From an uncultured virus (IMG/VR IMGVR_UViG_3300013232_000154) (taxonomy: Duplodnaviria > Heunggongvirae > Uroviricota > Caudoviricetes), in the IMG/VR virus record IMGVR_UViG_3300013232_000154: a DNA stretch of 64,000 nucleotides; one strand, written 5' to 3'. How positions within the stretch are numbered: position 1 is the first letter of the stretch; every line of letters starts with the position of its first letter. This document shows, piece by piece, positions 1-10,504 of the stretch. Made by a program: the position numbers and the translations under genes. Below the pieces are notes generated by a model, which was not told where the DNA came from, searched no databases, and saw nothing but the letters and a program-made list of their open reading frames with translations.

Positions 1-32
1 CGAAAAGGGCCGCCCATGGGCGGCCCTTTTCG
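1..32. terminator. Bidirectional intrinsic terminator
   Basis: Perfect palindrome CGAAAAGGGCCGCCCATGGGCGGCCCTTTTCG with A/T flanks, just downstream of the minus-strand gene ending at 51. Confidence 0.8.
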
Positions 33-50
33 CTGGTATTGCTTTGCTGG

Positions 51-506
51 TCAGGAGTTGTCGGCCAGGTAGATGGTTCCAGAGTCGTCCACGGCGATGC
101 CGCCGATGTCGTTTGTGGTGATGGCCGCGACGGTGTAGACGTTGGCGTTCTGGTCAACTCGCCTGATCCTGTTGTTTCCAGCGTCGACCACGTACAAGAC
201 GCCGCTTCGGTCAACCGCCAGGTGTGTCGGGTTGGTGAATCTGGCCGCAGAAGCTTGTCCGTCAACCAAGCCAGAAACGCCGTACGCGCCAACGAAGATT
301 CTGGACGTCGAATCACCCTTGCGGTACCTGTAGATCACATGCTTGTCGTAGTCAGCGACGTATACATGCTCAGACCTATCAACGGCAACGCCAGCGCCGT
401 TTACGAGGCCGTTAACGGGGAGTTGTATCTGCTGCTCCGACCCTGGCATTTCCGAAACGTCGTTGGTTGCCGATACGGGTCTGAGGCGGACGAGCCTTGT
501 AGCCAT
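51..506 (-). CDS. NHL-repeat beta-propeller protein
   Basis: GVAVDRSEHVYVAD, ARFTNPTHLAVDRSGVLYVVDAGNNRIRRV repeats; GGAGG RBS. Confidence 0.85.
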   Translation of the reverse strand: MATRLVRLRPVSATNDVSEMPGSEQQIQLPVNGLVNGAGVAVDRSEHVYVADYDKHVIYRYRKGDSTSRIFVGAYGVSGLVDGQASAARFTNPTHLAVDRSGVLYVVDAGNNRIRRVDQNANVYTVAAITTNDIGGIAVDDSGTIYLADNS

Positions 507-507
507 G

Positions 508-696
508 TTATGCCTCCAACCTTCCGCCGCATGTTGGGCAGTTGTTGTTCGTTATGTCGCACAACTCAGCGCTTGGGCAACTCTTCTCAAACTTCTTCCC
601 GCATTTGGAACACTTGACACGCTTGGTGACGCGGCCAGAGTCGCCTGCGACCTTCTTCTCCATCCGCGTGTTGTTCACACCAAACTTGCTCAGCAT
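508..696 (-). CDS. Small zinc-ribbon protein
   Basis: CSKC and CPTC pairs; packs tightly between the two NHL genes. Confidence 0.6.
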   Translation of the reverse strand: MLSKFGVNNTRMEKKVAGDSGRVTKRVKCSKCGKKFEKSCPSAELCDITNNNCPTCGGRLEA

Positions 697-711
697 GACT
701 TACCGTCCTTG

Positions 712-1665
712 TTAGACGTTCTTCTCGAGGATGTACAAGAATCCAGAGTTGTCCACGGCGATAGAAGACGCTGCGGAGACTGTTCCAGTCTTCCATCCCA
801 TCAAGGTCGAGACCTTGCCATTGTCAAGAACCTTACGAATGACCTCGTTAGCGTAATCAAGTACGTAGATCACGCCGCTGTTATCGACACAGATGTCGTA
901 GCATTCCGAGAACCTGGCCACGTTGCCGACGCCATCAACGTATCCGGTAGCAAAACCAGCGAGCGTGACGACGTTACCAGCCTCGTCAACCTGTCTAATC
1001 CTATAGTTGTCAGTATCTGCAACAAACAGCTTTCGCGACTTGTTGATGCAGAGTCCGTTTAGTCCATTGAACAGAGCGTTTGCTCCGTTTCCATTGGCAA
1101 ACCCTCCGCCAGTACCACCGGCGAGAGAAGTGACTTTTCCACTGGTCCATATCTTCTTGATCTTGTTATTCGCGTGGTCTGCTACATAAATAATCCCGGC
1201 GGCATCAACGCAGATGCCTGTTGGTGCGTTAAACTGGGCCAAAAGTCCATTATCATTGCATACGTCTCCAGCAACCCCAGTTCCAGCCAAAGTTTGACAT
1301 CGACCACTTGGGCTAATCCTCTTGACTTTGTGGTTCGCTCCATCGGCGACGTAGATGTTGTCGCTTGAATCAACGCAGATTCCAAACGGAACATTAAGTC
1401 TCGCTGTATTTCCGTCGCTTCCATACATACCAGAACTAGCAATATCTCCTGTAGTATTCATTTTGCCAACGAGGGCTCCGTTTACGCGGCCATCCTCGAA
1501 GGCTTTGTATACCACGTCATTAACATGGTCGGCGACGTACAAAGTCCCGTTTGCCGACACGCACATGCCCCAAATAGAGGCAGTTGCAGGCAACTGGTCA
1601 CCAGTCGTTACGACGGCGTGAACCTCGGAAGTTTGGACGTTGATTTTGCGGATCCGATCGGCCAT
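712..1665 (-). CDS. NHL-repeat beta-propeller protein
   Basis: About six repeats of FNxPxGICVDxxGxIYVADxxNxxIRK type. Confidence 0.9.
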   Translation of the reverse strand: MADRIRKINVQTSEVHAVVTTGDQLPATASIWGMCVSANGTLYVADHVNDVVYKAFEDGRVNGALVGKMNTTGDIASSGMYGSDGNTARLNVPFGICVDSSDNIYVADGANHKVKRISPSGRCQTLAGTGVAGDVCNDNGLLAQFNAPTGICVDAAGIIYVADHANNKIKKIWTSGKVTSLAGGTGGGFANGNGANALFNGLNGLCINKSRKLFVADTDNYRIRQVDEAGNVVTLAGFATGYVDGVGNVARFSECYDICVDNSGVIYVLDYANEVIRKVLDNGKVSTLMGWKTGTVSAASSIAVDNSGFLYILEKNV

Positions 1666-1728
1666 TGTATTTCTCCTTGTCTACCTAGTGCTAGTGTTTC
1701 TATTCAGTTTCCCTAGCCAAATCCCTTT

Positions 1729-3603
1729 TCAAATCTGAAGATCGCTCTTCGGGTCAGGCCCAGCCCCAGCAGCTTCCTGAAGACCCTCAAGCTCATCAAG
1801 TTGCTCTGGACTCAGCTTCCCCCAAGTCTCTTCTATGGATCTGTTCACGTCTTCATCGGTACGTACTGGCGGAGGAGGTTCTTGTCCTTGCGGCGGAAGA
1901 ACTGGCTCTGGTTGTCCTGGAATAGCTTCCGTCTGTGGAACAGGATTCGTTCCGTCGAGTATTTCTCTTATCTGTTCGGATTGCTCGCCAGCATTTCCAG
2001 ATTTAAGCTCTTCAAGAGAAGCGACTGGATCAACTGGATTAACTGGCTTTTTTGGCAATCCAGTCAATGGATCAACTTCTTGTCCTGGAGCCATGACGGC
2101 CAACTTCTTGAGAGCCTCTTCCTTGGTCCCGCCGAACGCACGAACATCACCGATGCTTGCCTCATAGGCCCCATTAGCAAACCTTACCGAGGCCATAGAC
2201 TGCTTTGGACTCTTCGGAGCCTCAATAGCCCCAGATAATCCAGTCAATTCTTCCCGCGACATGTGCTTAAGCTTGCCGTTACAAAATGGACACACGCCAC
2301 TCGCGTCGTAAGCCATGTGTGCCCCGCCAGACTTGCACTGTGGATTTGTACACTTGCTCGCCGCTGGAGTCATGTCGGCGGCTACCTTACTCAGATTGAA
2401 CGCGGTCGACGTGGTCTTTCCGCTGAGGTTGAATGACTTCTTCTTTGAGGCCAGCCTGAACAGCTCGCCCTGCTGCACGAAGTTCTTTCCCATCGGCAGC
2501 TTTCCAGACTCGATGATAGCGGTCTTCTCGCTCTCGGTTACGCCCGTGGTACTGGCCTTTTCAAGAAGTTGATCAGGACTCATCGCCCCGATTTCTGGCG
2601 TAGGAGGAGCCATGAACTCACGAGGATCTTGCTTGGCCAGCTCTTGTATTTCTGGATTAGACTGCGATCCGGGACTTCCAACCCAGTTATCAGCAGCAGT
2701 CTTGACCGTGTTTTTTGTCGAGGCGTTCTTGGCTATCTTGTCTCGTTCCTTGGCGTCCAGTTGGACGTTCTCTGGACCCTTAGCCATCTCGTGTTGGTCA
2801 AAATTGTACGCCTTCTCTGGCTCATAGACGCCTTGATACCCGCGCTCTTCGCCGAGGTCCTTGCGCATTTCCTGAAGGCGCTTCTCCGTAGACCAAGCCG
2901 ACTCCTTGATCGGGCGAGTCCTTTCGCCAGGCTTCAACTGGTAGTCGTTACCTTCGGTGTTCTGCTCGATGACGAGTCTGTTCCTGAGGTACCCGCCCTT
3001 CCACTTTCCATCTCCGTCCTTGAAGTCGCGGGAGAACTTGTCCATGATGCTCTGACGCCAAATGGCTTCGCCGCATAGAACTTGGTTGTCGTCGATCATG
3101 AGTCCGTCTAGGCAGTGATAACGACAGATAAACGTACTGACGGCGTTCTGTAGCTTCGGGCATATCCGCTTGTCTTCTGGGCCATGCATGGTGTACGAGC
3201 AGCCCGAGTTGGGACCACCAAGTCCGCCACTGGCTTGCTTCGTACCAAGGCCTGAAGACGGGTCTGGAATCCATATTCCAGCCGCTTTTTCGTTCGTTTC
3301 GGGGTGCATTTGCGCTATCTCCGCTACGAGGTTCTCGTCAACCGCGTCCGCCTTGCCCGCCCTTATGAGTAACTGATAGATGAAGCACAACGCAGTCGAA
3401 TATCCCTGGTAGAAGTTGGCCAAGGCATCCTTCGCGCTGTCCCTATCCTCTTGCTTCAGAAGATCCAATAGCCGATCGTAGGTCTCGGGTTTCGGACCCA
3501 GTTCAATTAGCTTCGCCCTCACCTCGTCCATTGAGCGAAAACTGCCAGCGCTCAACGGGTCGACGGGCGTCATTCCTTCTTGCCCGGCTCCTCCGGCATC
3601 CAC
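1729..3603 (-). CDS. Hypothetical protein, probable virion component
   Basis: 624-aa ORF in a co-oriented chain; Cys cluster, FNLS motifs, Pro-rich C-terminus. Confidence 0.7.
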   Translation of the reverse strand: MDAGGAGQEGMTPVDPLSAGSFRSMDEVRAKLIELGPKPETYDRLLDLLKQEDRDSAKDALANFYQGYSTALCFIYQLLIRAGKADAVDENLVAEIAQMHPETNEKAAGIWIPDPSSGLGTKQASGGLGGPNSGCSYTMHGPEDKRICPKLQNAVSTFICRYHCLDGLMIDDNQVLCGEAIWRQSIMDKFSRDFKDGDGKWKGGYLRNRLVIEQNTEGNDYQLKPGERTRPIKESAWSTEKRLQEMRKDLGEERGYQGVYEPEKAYNFDQHEMAKGPENVQLDAKERDKIAKNASTKNTVKTAADNWVGSPGSQSNPEIQELAKQDPREFMAPPTPEIGAMSPDQLLEKASTTGVTESEKTAIIESGKLPMGKNFVQQGELFRLASKKKSFNLSGKTTSTAFNLSKVAADMTPAASKCTNPQCKSGGAHMAYDASGVCPFCNGKLKHMSREELTGLSGAIEAPKSPKQSMASVRFANGAYEASIGDVRAFGGTKEEALKKLAVMAPGQEVDPLTGLPKKPVNPVDPVASLEELKSGNAGEQSEQIREILDGTNPVPQTEAIPGQPEPVLPPQGQEPPPPVRTDEDVNRSIEETWGKLSPEQLDELEGLQEAAGAGPDPKSDLQI

Positions 3604-4628
3604 AGTTCCATCAACCTCTTTTGCATGTCTTGCGTAGACGTGGGTGGCTTCGCGACCACCTCTTTGTCCTTCTTCTCTTGCGCTGGGCGACTGATCTCGG
3701 CTTTGCGCTTTTCGTTTGCTTCCCTGATCTGACGACCACTGTCAACGATGCGCTCCTCGAACAACTTGGAAAGCTTCTCTTTGATTTCCTCGGGGCTTGC
3801 TCCAGACACGTCGTCATTCATGGATACCTGGTTTTTCGGAGGCGTGTACATCGTCTGTTCCGCATCCTTGCCACCAGAATGAATCACGGCAGACGCCTTC
3901 ATCGGGGTGAAGTCGTCTGGGATGTTGGTGTTGTACTTCTCTTTCGCGGCCTCGATCTGCTTCCTGGCCTTGTCCTCGCGGATCGACATCACCGACTTGT
4001 CATGCTGAGTCGGCTCGCTCGCGAACTTGTCGATCTGCTTTGGATCCGCTATGGTCGCGGCGTTCTTGGGGACTTGCTGGTTGAACGGGGCTGAGTCGTC
4101 CCTCGCGGTCGTCGGGGCTATTCGCCCAGCGCGATCCTTCGTCGGGTCGTTTTCCATCGTCCTCTTGGCCGACTTTCCAGCTCGTGCGTTGGCGATCTCC
4201 TCTGCGGCACGATCTTCCCAAGACCTCTTGACCTTGGCTTCTGCGGCGAGGGCGGCTTTTTTGGCAAGCTGCTCTGCCTTGGAGATGTCGGCCATGCTGT
4301 CCCATTCGGACTTACTCACCACTCCCAGCGCCACTGGATCGACGCCATGAGTATTCAGCTTTTCCTTCAGCTTGGTGATCTCGTTGGCAAGCTTGGTCTG
4401 GGCTGCCTTGTCCATGGACTCCTTGGAGGCGTCCATGATTACTTCTGGCTTGGTTCTCTGGTCGGGAAGGCCAAAGACTATGTTCGACGTGTCTTCGAGA
4501 GCAGACGCGACAGTCTCTTCAGTTTCGGTCTTGTTGGCTAGCTTTGCTTCTTGCTCTTGCTGAGGCTTGACCTTCTTGAGTGAATCAAGCCAGTCCATGT
4601 CATCGTAACCGCCCTTACTCATTTTCAT
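3570..4628 (-). CDS. Hypothetical protein (Lys/Glu/Ala-rich)
   Basis: 352-aa ORF, AGGAG RBS, co-oriented chain. Confidence 0.7.
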   Translation of the reverse strand: MKMSKGGYDDMDWLDSLKKVKPQQEQEAKLANKTETEETVASALEDTSNIVFGLPDQRTKPEVIMDASKESMDKAAQTKLANEITKLKEKLNTHGVDPVALGVVSKSEWDSMADISKAEQLAKKAALAAEAKVKRSWEDRAAEEIANARAGKSAKRTMENDPTKDRAGRIAPTTARDDSAPFNQQVPKNAATIADPKQIDKFASEPTQHDKSVMSIREDKARKQIEAAKEKYNTNIPDDFTPMKASAVIHSGGKDAEQTMYTPPKNQVSMNDDVSGASPEEIKEKLSKLFEERIVDSGRQIREANEKRKAEISRPAQEKKDKEVVAKPPTSTQDMQKRLMELWMPEEPGKKE

Positions 4629-4638
4629 GTTCAGTCTC

Positions 4639-5049
4639 CTAGAAGCCCATCGACTTCAGCCATTCGGCTGGGAAGTTCGCCTCAAGGATCTTACTCGCGG
4701 TCTTCATTGGTCTCGTGAAGGAAGCTGGGGTAATCTTCGGCTTTGGAGGTGCGATCTTCAGCGTGAATTGATTGCCGCTGTTATCGGACTTCGTTTCCAC
4801 GCTGTACCTGTCTTTGCCGACGATGCCTTCCTGGATTTCTTTCACAGCCGCCAACATTTCCTGGAAGTTCGCGAAGTTCTTGTCTGGAACTGCTTGCGCT
4901 TGTGGCTGTTGCTGGCCGAGCGCTGGCTTAGCTGATTGCTCTGCTGGAGCCTCTTCCGTTACCACCTCTGGAGCCGCTACTGGCTCAGTGGCTGGAGCGG
5001 GCTGGGCAGGAGCTTGAGCAGGAGCCGCCACCTTGGTTTGCTTGTTCAT
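4639..5049 (-). CDS. Hypothetical protein (Ala/Pro-rich N-terminus)
   Basis: ORF; start chosen at the ATG with GGAG RBS. Confidence 0.65.
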   Translation of the reverse strand: MNKQTKVAAPAQAPAQPAPATEPVAAPEVVTEEAPAEQSAKPALGQQQPQAQAVPDKNFANFQEMLAAVKEIQEGIVGKDRYSVETKSDNSGNQFTLKIAPPKPKITPASFTRPMKTASKILEANFPAEWLKSMGF

Positions 5050-5163
5050 CGCTGTTCTCCACAAAAACTTGGCGCCACGACGATTGCGGACCTCTATGGC
5101 ATGGCCCGTTCGCGTGGCGCCGATTCCACTAGGCTCGCCGCTGCTCGCGATACGAGCTAGCCG

Positions 5164-5895
5164 CTACTTCACGTAGTCTTCCAGCATGGCCTTGGCGTAC
5201 TCATCGCCATACAGGTTCTTCCAGTATTCATACAACCGCCTGGAATCCTTCTCGGGGAGGCTGGCGAGCTTCTTGAACATGCCCTTCGGCGCGGCGACCT
5301 TCTCGGTCTTGTTCGCCTTGGAGGCCGTCTTCAAGAGGTTCGTGGCCTCTTCGCTGGCCGTCTGGAGCAGATAGCAGTAGGCCTTCGGGTCGTTCGTGAG
5401 ACCCTTGGACGCCGCCACGCACTTCTCCTGGCTGCCGTGGTTGCCCCAAGCCTTCACGATGTCCTCTGGGGACCATGGCCTGAAGTCGGCCTTCTTGGCG
5501 ACCTTGAGGATCATCGGCTTCTTGGACGCGAACAACGGCTCTTCGACTTGTTTCTTTTGTAGCATTGGATCCTCGAAGAGTTTCTTCGCTTCTTCTTCAA
5601 GAAGAGGATCGACTTGGGCGATATCACTAGCCGAAGCCATCGCTCCGCCGCAAGCGGTTTCTACGGCCTGGCCGCCGCAAGACGCGTCTTCTACGGCGCA
5701 ATTGGTCTCGGCGAGGCAAGCAGTTTCCTGAGCCACAGGCGAGCCGACGGAAGCCGCAGTCTTTACCTGCTTCTGGCTTTTCATGCCGTCGAGGATCTCA
5801 TCCAAACTCCTATTGGCTTCCTTGGGCGCTGCCAAGGTCTCTCCAACGGAGGCCGGACTAGTCGTCTTGATCCGGTTTGTCACGAAGTGTTGCAT
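5164..5895 (-). CDS. Hypothetical protein
   Basis: 243-aa ORF, AGGAG RBS, K[TV]A motifs. Confidence 0.7.
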   Translation of the reverse strand: MQHFVTNRIKTTSPASVGETLAAPKEANRSLDEILDGMKSQKQVKTAASVGSPVAQETACLAETNCAVEDASCGGQAVETACGGAMASASDIAQVDPLLEEEAKKLFEDPMLQKKQVEEPLFASKKPMILKVAKKADFRPWSPEDIVKAWGNHGSQEKCVAASKGLTNDPKAYCYLLQTASEEATNLLKTASKANKTEKVAAPKGMFKKLASLPEKDSRRLYEYWKNLYGDEYAKAMLEDYVK

Positions 5896-6027
5896 GGCTT
5901 TCTCCTGTTCGCTTCAGGCTACACACCTGTTTTACGAGTCCAGACACACTAATGATTACCGCGTGTCCAATCCTATTTCCTTCCACTTTATTTTGTTCTA
6001 CGAACTATCCCCAGTTCCTTCTTTTCG

Positions 6028-7215
6028 TTAGGCTCCAGATGTCGGCTCCATCGGGGCCTCAAGCTTCACCGATTCCCCAACCGTCTTCGAGAACTTCGCG
6101 AGTATCTTTTCTGGAACATCCTTCACCAAGCCTTCTTGCGACAAGAATTCCTTGACTATCCTCTCGGCTTCTTTACCAAGCGCTGGTGCCGACATGGGGC
6201 TTGTGGATTTCGTGTTGGATAGACGATCAGCCAAGAACCTGCTGAAATTGCCCTTGATCTCGTCCATCAACTCGACCATCTTTTCTGGATCCATAGAAAC
6301 CGACGAGACCAATGTGATAAGGTAAGTGTCAATAGCATGGTCAAACAGCCCAATAGCTCCGTTAACCCCTTTTAATGTAGGATATTGCGTCGTTTCTACT
6401 GTCGGCGTGACGGGGGCTGGAGTTGGTTCTGGAGTTATTGGTGAGATGATCTTTTCTGGCTTCTTCTCTTCTGGAGCTGGAGCAACCTTTTCTGGCTCGA
6501 CTGGCGCTGGTGGAGTGGTTGGTTTCACTGGTGGAGGAGCCTTTTTCAGGAAGGCCATTGCTTCGGCCTCAGAACTAGTCATCTTCAACGTGGTAAGAAG
6601 TTTCGGGATGCGCTCCTCTGGAACCGATTCCCTGAGAACCTTGATGGCATCTAGGATGGCCTTTTCCTTGTTGTCTTCTGGCTTCGAAGTCGGGGCATCT
6701 GTGGTCATGGGCAAGCCCCTCTTATACTCAAGGAGCTTGTTCGGGGACAAAGCCTCGACGATCTTCCCAGCAGCGTTGGTTATGTTCTGGCTGGCCGCTG
6801 GAGAAAGAACACCAGCAACGTCACCACGTATTGAATCCACGATCGGAGCAATTTGTGAGGTGAACACCGAGGGGAGACGATTCATGGCGGATTCAAGTGC
6901 GTCAAACGCGGCGATTACCCTCTGGTTCGGCGCATGAGTCGGAGCCATGGAAACCGATCTGAGCCTGCTCGCTGCCAAGGCGGCATTTTGAAGCGCCTTG
7001 ATGTCACCACCAGACGCGGCGCTCCAAAGGTCTCCGATTAGCGACGCGACGACCTCGTTCTTCGCGGCTACCGCAGCAAGAGACAAATATGCCCTCGCAT
7101 GCTGACCGCTGGTCGCCAGCTTGACGGCCTTGTCCACTCGGTCAGCCGAAGCCTTGTCGCCAAGCGAGTCAAGCCTATCGGCTTCCTCTAGGAATCGATC
7201 TATGATCGTGTTCAC
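6028..7215 (-). CDS. Hypothetical protein, probable virion/internal protein
   Basis: 395-aa ORF; ADRLDSLGDKASADRVD motif; Pro-rich linker. Confidence 0.7.
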   Translation of the reverse strand: MNTIIDRFLEEADRLDSLGDKASADRVDKAVKLATSGQHARAYLSLAAVAAKNEVVASLIGDLWSAASGGDIKALQNAALAASRLRSVSMAPTHAPNQRVIAAFDALESAMNRLPSVFTSQIAPIVDSIRGDVAGVLSPAASQNITNAAGKIVEALSPNKLLEYKRGLPMTTDAPTSKPEDNKEKAILDAIKVLRESVPEERIPKLLTTLKMTSSEAEAMAFLKKAPPPVKPTTPPAPVEPEKVAPAPEEKKPEKIISPITPEPTPAPVTPTVETTQYPTLKGVNGAIGLFDHAIDTYLITLVSSVSMDPEKMVELMDEIKGNFSRFLADRLSNTKSTSPMSAPALGKEAERIVKEFLSQEGLVKDVPEKILAKFSKTVGESVKLEAPMEPTSGA

Positions 7216-8966
7216 GCTTTTCCCGCCGCAAGGTTGAACTTTTCTATGATCAGAGTCTTGATCCGTTCACCTATCGAAGAAGCGTGAGCCTTGGAGATCG
7301 CATCTATCTGCTGCACGGTCGTCTTCTTCTGGGTAGGCGCCATCGAGCCATGGTTAACCTCGGTGATTAGCCTGTTGAAGTACTTGTTCACGATATCCAT
7401 GTAGCTGCTGGTAAGGTCCTTCGTTGCGTCTGGGATCGACCCTTCAGACTCTACGCGACCTTGGGCTATTCCAGAGTTCTTCGCGGCCTCTTCCAGTAAG
7501 GTCGGCCAAGGAGTTGGAGGAGCCTTGACTTCCTGAATCATCTGATCAAACGGGATGGTATTTGAATACTTTTTGAGTTCCTGTGCCAATAGCTTGGTCG
7601 ATACCGTCAAAGCGTTCGAGAGGATCATCTCAAAGTTACCAGGCCCGCCTGGCTTGTTCGTTCCGACGATCCCTTCCTTTGCCGCCCTGTCGTATTGCTG
7701 GGCTGCTCCCCTTATCTGGTATAGGACGTCTGCAAGCTTGCCCATGTAGTCGTCGAACTGCTGCTGGCCAACTCCATTAAGCTCTGGGTCAAAGTATTCT
7801 GGGTTTGGTTCTCCGCCAATGAACAACTCTGGCATCTTGGCTACTCTAGCCGCGCTGCCTGGGGTCTGGATTAGCTGGACAAGATTCCGAAGTTCCTCTA
7901 TGTACGGCCCGATCTCGTGGTTCAAGAATGCTGGATCAAGCGCTCCTCCAGCAGAAACTTGGGCCTTGAGCTTGTCGTACTGCTTCTTGAACCAGTTTCC
8001 CATCGCCGTGATTTTGTTTAGCTGGCTCGCCCCGACTCCCGATTGAAAGGTGATTTTGTCCCACACGTCGGACACTGCCGCTTTCCATCCCCACCACATC
8101 TTCCGAATGTCGTCCATTAACCCAGCGCTTTTGAGGAGCTTCTCCTCGATCCTGTTTGCGCAAGCCTGGATCTTCCTGACCGTATTTCTGCTGTGAGACC
8201 CAGAAGAGAAGTAGTCTAGCGACTCGTAAACGGCAACCGCTGGAAGCTGTCCGCCTTCTATCTTCTTGGTGGCCAAGACAAGCATTCCACTGAGGGCCGT
8301 CTTGTGGTAGTCCGCCCACTCACAATACAAGTCCGCCAGCGTGACCTTCTTTCGTTCTGCTTCCGCAAGGACGATCATGGCCATGTCGTTCTCTGTCCTG
8401 CTGGCGGTCTTCTTCAACGCGTCTTGCAGGAATTCTTGCCTGTCCTCGCAATCCTGGTAGTCCTCAAGAACTTCCATCCAAGCCTTGAAGAACGACTTTT
8501 CCTTCTCGGACTGGGCTTCCAGCTTCTTTTTGAAGGCCAACTCGAATGCGCGGCTGTTCATCAGCCAGTAGTTCTGGAATCCCTCGTACTGCGCCGTCTT
8601 CAGATGCTTCCCAATGAACTCGGTCTGCGGCCCAAGGAGAGAGTCCATGTAGTCTTGCAATGTCTCCATCCATGCACGCTGGTAGGACTTCTCGTCTTCC
8701 TTTTGGGCCTCAAGACGCTGCTTGAAGGACAACTCGAACGCCCTGCTGTTGGCGACCCAATAGTTCTGGAATCCCTCGTACTGAGCGGCCTTCATCATCT
8801 TCACGTCTGGGATCAAGGCGGCCAGCGCGTCAGCTTCTTCTGGAAGTCCATGCTCGTCGGCGATGTCGGCCATCCCGAGCAGGCTTTGCATGAGTTGTTC
8901 TAGTACCTCTGGCTCGCCACAGATCATGGCGCAAGCCTTGCCTTCGGTTCCTTCCATGCCATCCAT
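7212..8966 (-). CDS. Hypothetical protein with 64-aa internal tandem repeat
   Basis: 584 aa; AQYEGFQNYW..NSRAFEL.FK..LEAQ occurs twice. Confidence 0.75.
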   Translation of the reverse strand: MDGMEGTEGKACAMICGEPEVLEQLMQSLLGMADIADEHGLPEEADALAALIPDVKMMKAAQYEGFQNYWVANSRAFELSFKQRLEAQKEDEKSYQRAWMETLQDYMDSLLGPQTEFIGKHLKTAQYEGFQNYWLMNSRAFELAFKKKLEAQSEKEKSFFKAWMEVLEDYQDCEDRQEFLQDALKKTASRTENDMAMIVLAEAERKKVTLADLYCEWADYHKTALSGMLVLATKKIEGGQLPAVAVYESLDYFSSGSHSRNTVRKIQACANRIEEKLLKSAGLMDDIRKMWWGWKAAVSDVWDKITFQSGVGASQLNKITAMGNWFKKQYDKLKAQVSAGGALDPAFLNHEIGPYIEELRNLVQLIQTPGSAARVAKMPELFIGGEPNPEYFDPELNGVGQQQFDDYMGKLADVLYQIRGAAQQYDRAAKEGIVGTNKPGGPGNFEMILSNALTVSTKLLAQELKKYSNTIPFDQMIQEVKAPPTPWPTLLEEAAKNSGIAQGRVESEGSIPDATKDLTSSYMDIVNKYFNRLITEVNHGSMAPTQKKTTVQQIDAISKAHASSIGERIKTLIIEKFNLAAGKA

Positions 8967-8968
8967 TT

Positions 8969-9514
8969 TCAGTCTCCTAGCAGCTCTGCTGTAACGATGT
9001 TGTCCACCGCGAAGGCTCTCCAGTCGTTCCTCATGTCACACCACGCCACAAGGATGTGTCTGTTGGTTCCAGCCCAATAGACGTAGTCTGGCCTGATGAC
9101 CCTATTGGTCTCTGCCGTACGACCCATCTCGTCCTCGAGCGTCTTGTACTGGATCTTCAGCGGTATAGACCTATTCAAAGACCTCCAGATCTTCTCCCTT
9201 ACTTGGTATACGCGGTTTGCTTCCTCTATAGGGGTCTCTGGCGTGTAGATCTCCTCGAACATCTTCGCGGGGTCTTCTGGAGTTTCTTCTGGACCCTTTC
9301 CGAAAGGAAGGAACGTGAAGTCCGCGACCTCGTAGTATGGGTCTCCAGCTTGCCCCTTTGGGGCTGGCCGAAGCGCTGGCATCTTGGTCGGAAGCGGCAA
9401 CTTTCCAGATATCTCTTGCGGTGACGGGACCTCTCCGAGGAACTCTAGGTCTTCCCCAGGAAAGTCTTCTGGCAGTTCCGTCTCTGGGGCGGCGACCCTT
9501 ATGATCCTAATCAT
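8969..9514 (-). CDS. WYL-domain protein
   Basis: IQY...R.IRPDYVYW...ILVAWCDMRNDWRAFAVDNI matches the WYL signature. Confidence 0.8.
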   Translation of the reverse strand: MIRIIRVAAPETELPEDFPGEDLEFLGEVPSPQEISGKLPLPTKMPALRPAPKGQAGDPYYEVADFTFLPFGKGPEETPEDPAKMFEEIYTPETPIEEANRVYQVREKIWRSLNRSIPLKIQYKTLEDEMGRTAETNRVIRPDYVYWAGTNRHILVAWCDMRNDWRAFAVDNIVTAELLGD

Positions 9515-9866
9515 GGAACTCCAAGGACTTCGTTTCCCAGTCGATTTTGACCCTCTTCCCGACCACTCCTCCAGCCTTCTCAAGTGTCCCGAAAGGTACT
9601 TCTACGGCCATCAGGCATGGACTCCCGCTGCTGACGGTCCTTAGAGACATGGGAATAAGGCTTTCTGTCTTCACGATGACGCCTTCCTTGTTGACGAAGG
9701 CGATGTCCAGAGGGATGTAGGTGTTGGCCATCCAGAACCGCAAGACGTCTGGCTTGTCGAACTTGAACAACATGCCCGACATCTCTGGCATGCTTCGGAC
9801 GAACATGAGTCCTTGAGATCGGGACGCCACGTCATCCGCTATGCGTATCAGATCAATTCTCGCCAC
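9507..9866 (-). CDS. DUF192 family protein
   Basis: RSQGLMFV...GMLFKF...FWMANTYIPLDIAFV. Confidence 0.85.
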   Translation of the reverse strand: MARIDLIRIADDVASRSQGLMFVRSMPEMSGMLFKFDKPDVLRFWMANTYIPLDIAFVNKEGVIVKTESLIPMSLRTVSSGSPCLMAVEVPFGTLEKAGGVVGKRVKIDWETKSLEFHD

Positions 9867-10120
9867 TCGCCGTTACCTCCCATGGGGTATGGTTCTGTCT
9901 TGGGCGTCGGCCTCCCTGCCTTGAGGGCCTCGTCATACTCGTCCACGTCCATGCCGATGTCCTCAGCAGACCCCATGAAGCTCTCGTAGTCGTCGTCATC
10001 GACCTCGACGACCAAGGCAAAGTCCTTGATATTCCTTATTGTGCAATTAAGGAATCCAAGATTCCTCCTGAGCAACTTTTCTTGTGATCGTCTAACCCTC
10101 AGAAGCATCGAATCCCTCAA
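9848..10120 (-). CDS. Hypothetical protein
   Basis: ORF overlapping its neighbours in an operon-like chain. Confidence 0.55.
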   Translation of the reverse strand: MRDSMLLRVRRSQEKLLRRNLGFLNCTIRNIKDFALVVEVDDDDYESFMGSAEDIGMDVDEYDEALKAGRPTPKTEPYPMGGNGEWRELI

Positions 10121-10502
10121 TCCTGATGATCACGGGCGGAAGCTCGCGTTCTGCCTTTTTGACGAACGTTTGCCTGGCCCTCTTCGCCCTTGACCTGATG
10201 CTGGACAATTTCGGAAGCTCTTTGTCCACCTTCAGCAAGCTTGGCATGTTGGTGACCATCTCAATAAGGATGATACGTCCTTCTTGTGTGAGCGCGTACC
10301 TGGAGCCTTCTTGTATGCTCCTCGGCTTGAGGAGTCCTTTCGTGATCAGGTTGTTCACGGAGGATCCTTCGGCAACGATGTCTTGGCCAGGAGGAGACGA
10401 TGCCCACAGCTTGTAGAGCGTCGTTGCTTCCTCGTCGGTGATCTTGTTCTTCTTCATGAAGAAGTTCGGAAGACCGATGAGTGTCAAGTCTATGCTAGGC
10501 AT
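10092..10502 (-). CDS. Hypothetical protein, possible winged helix
   Basis: LITKGLL...YALTQEGR resembles a wHTH wing. Confidence 0.55.
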   Translation of the reverse strand: MPSIDLTLIGLPNFFMKKNKITDEEATTLYKLWASSPPGQDIVAEGSSVNNLITKGLLKPRSIQEGSRYALTQEGRIILIEMVTNMPSLLKVDKELPKLSSIRSRAKRARQTFVKKAERELPPVIIRIEGFDASEG

Positions 10503-10504
10503 GG

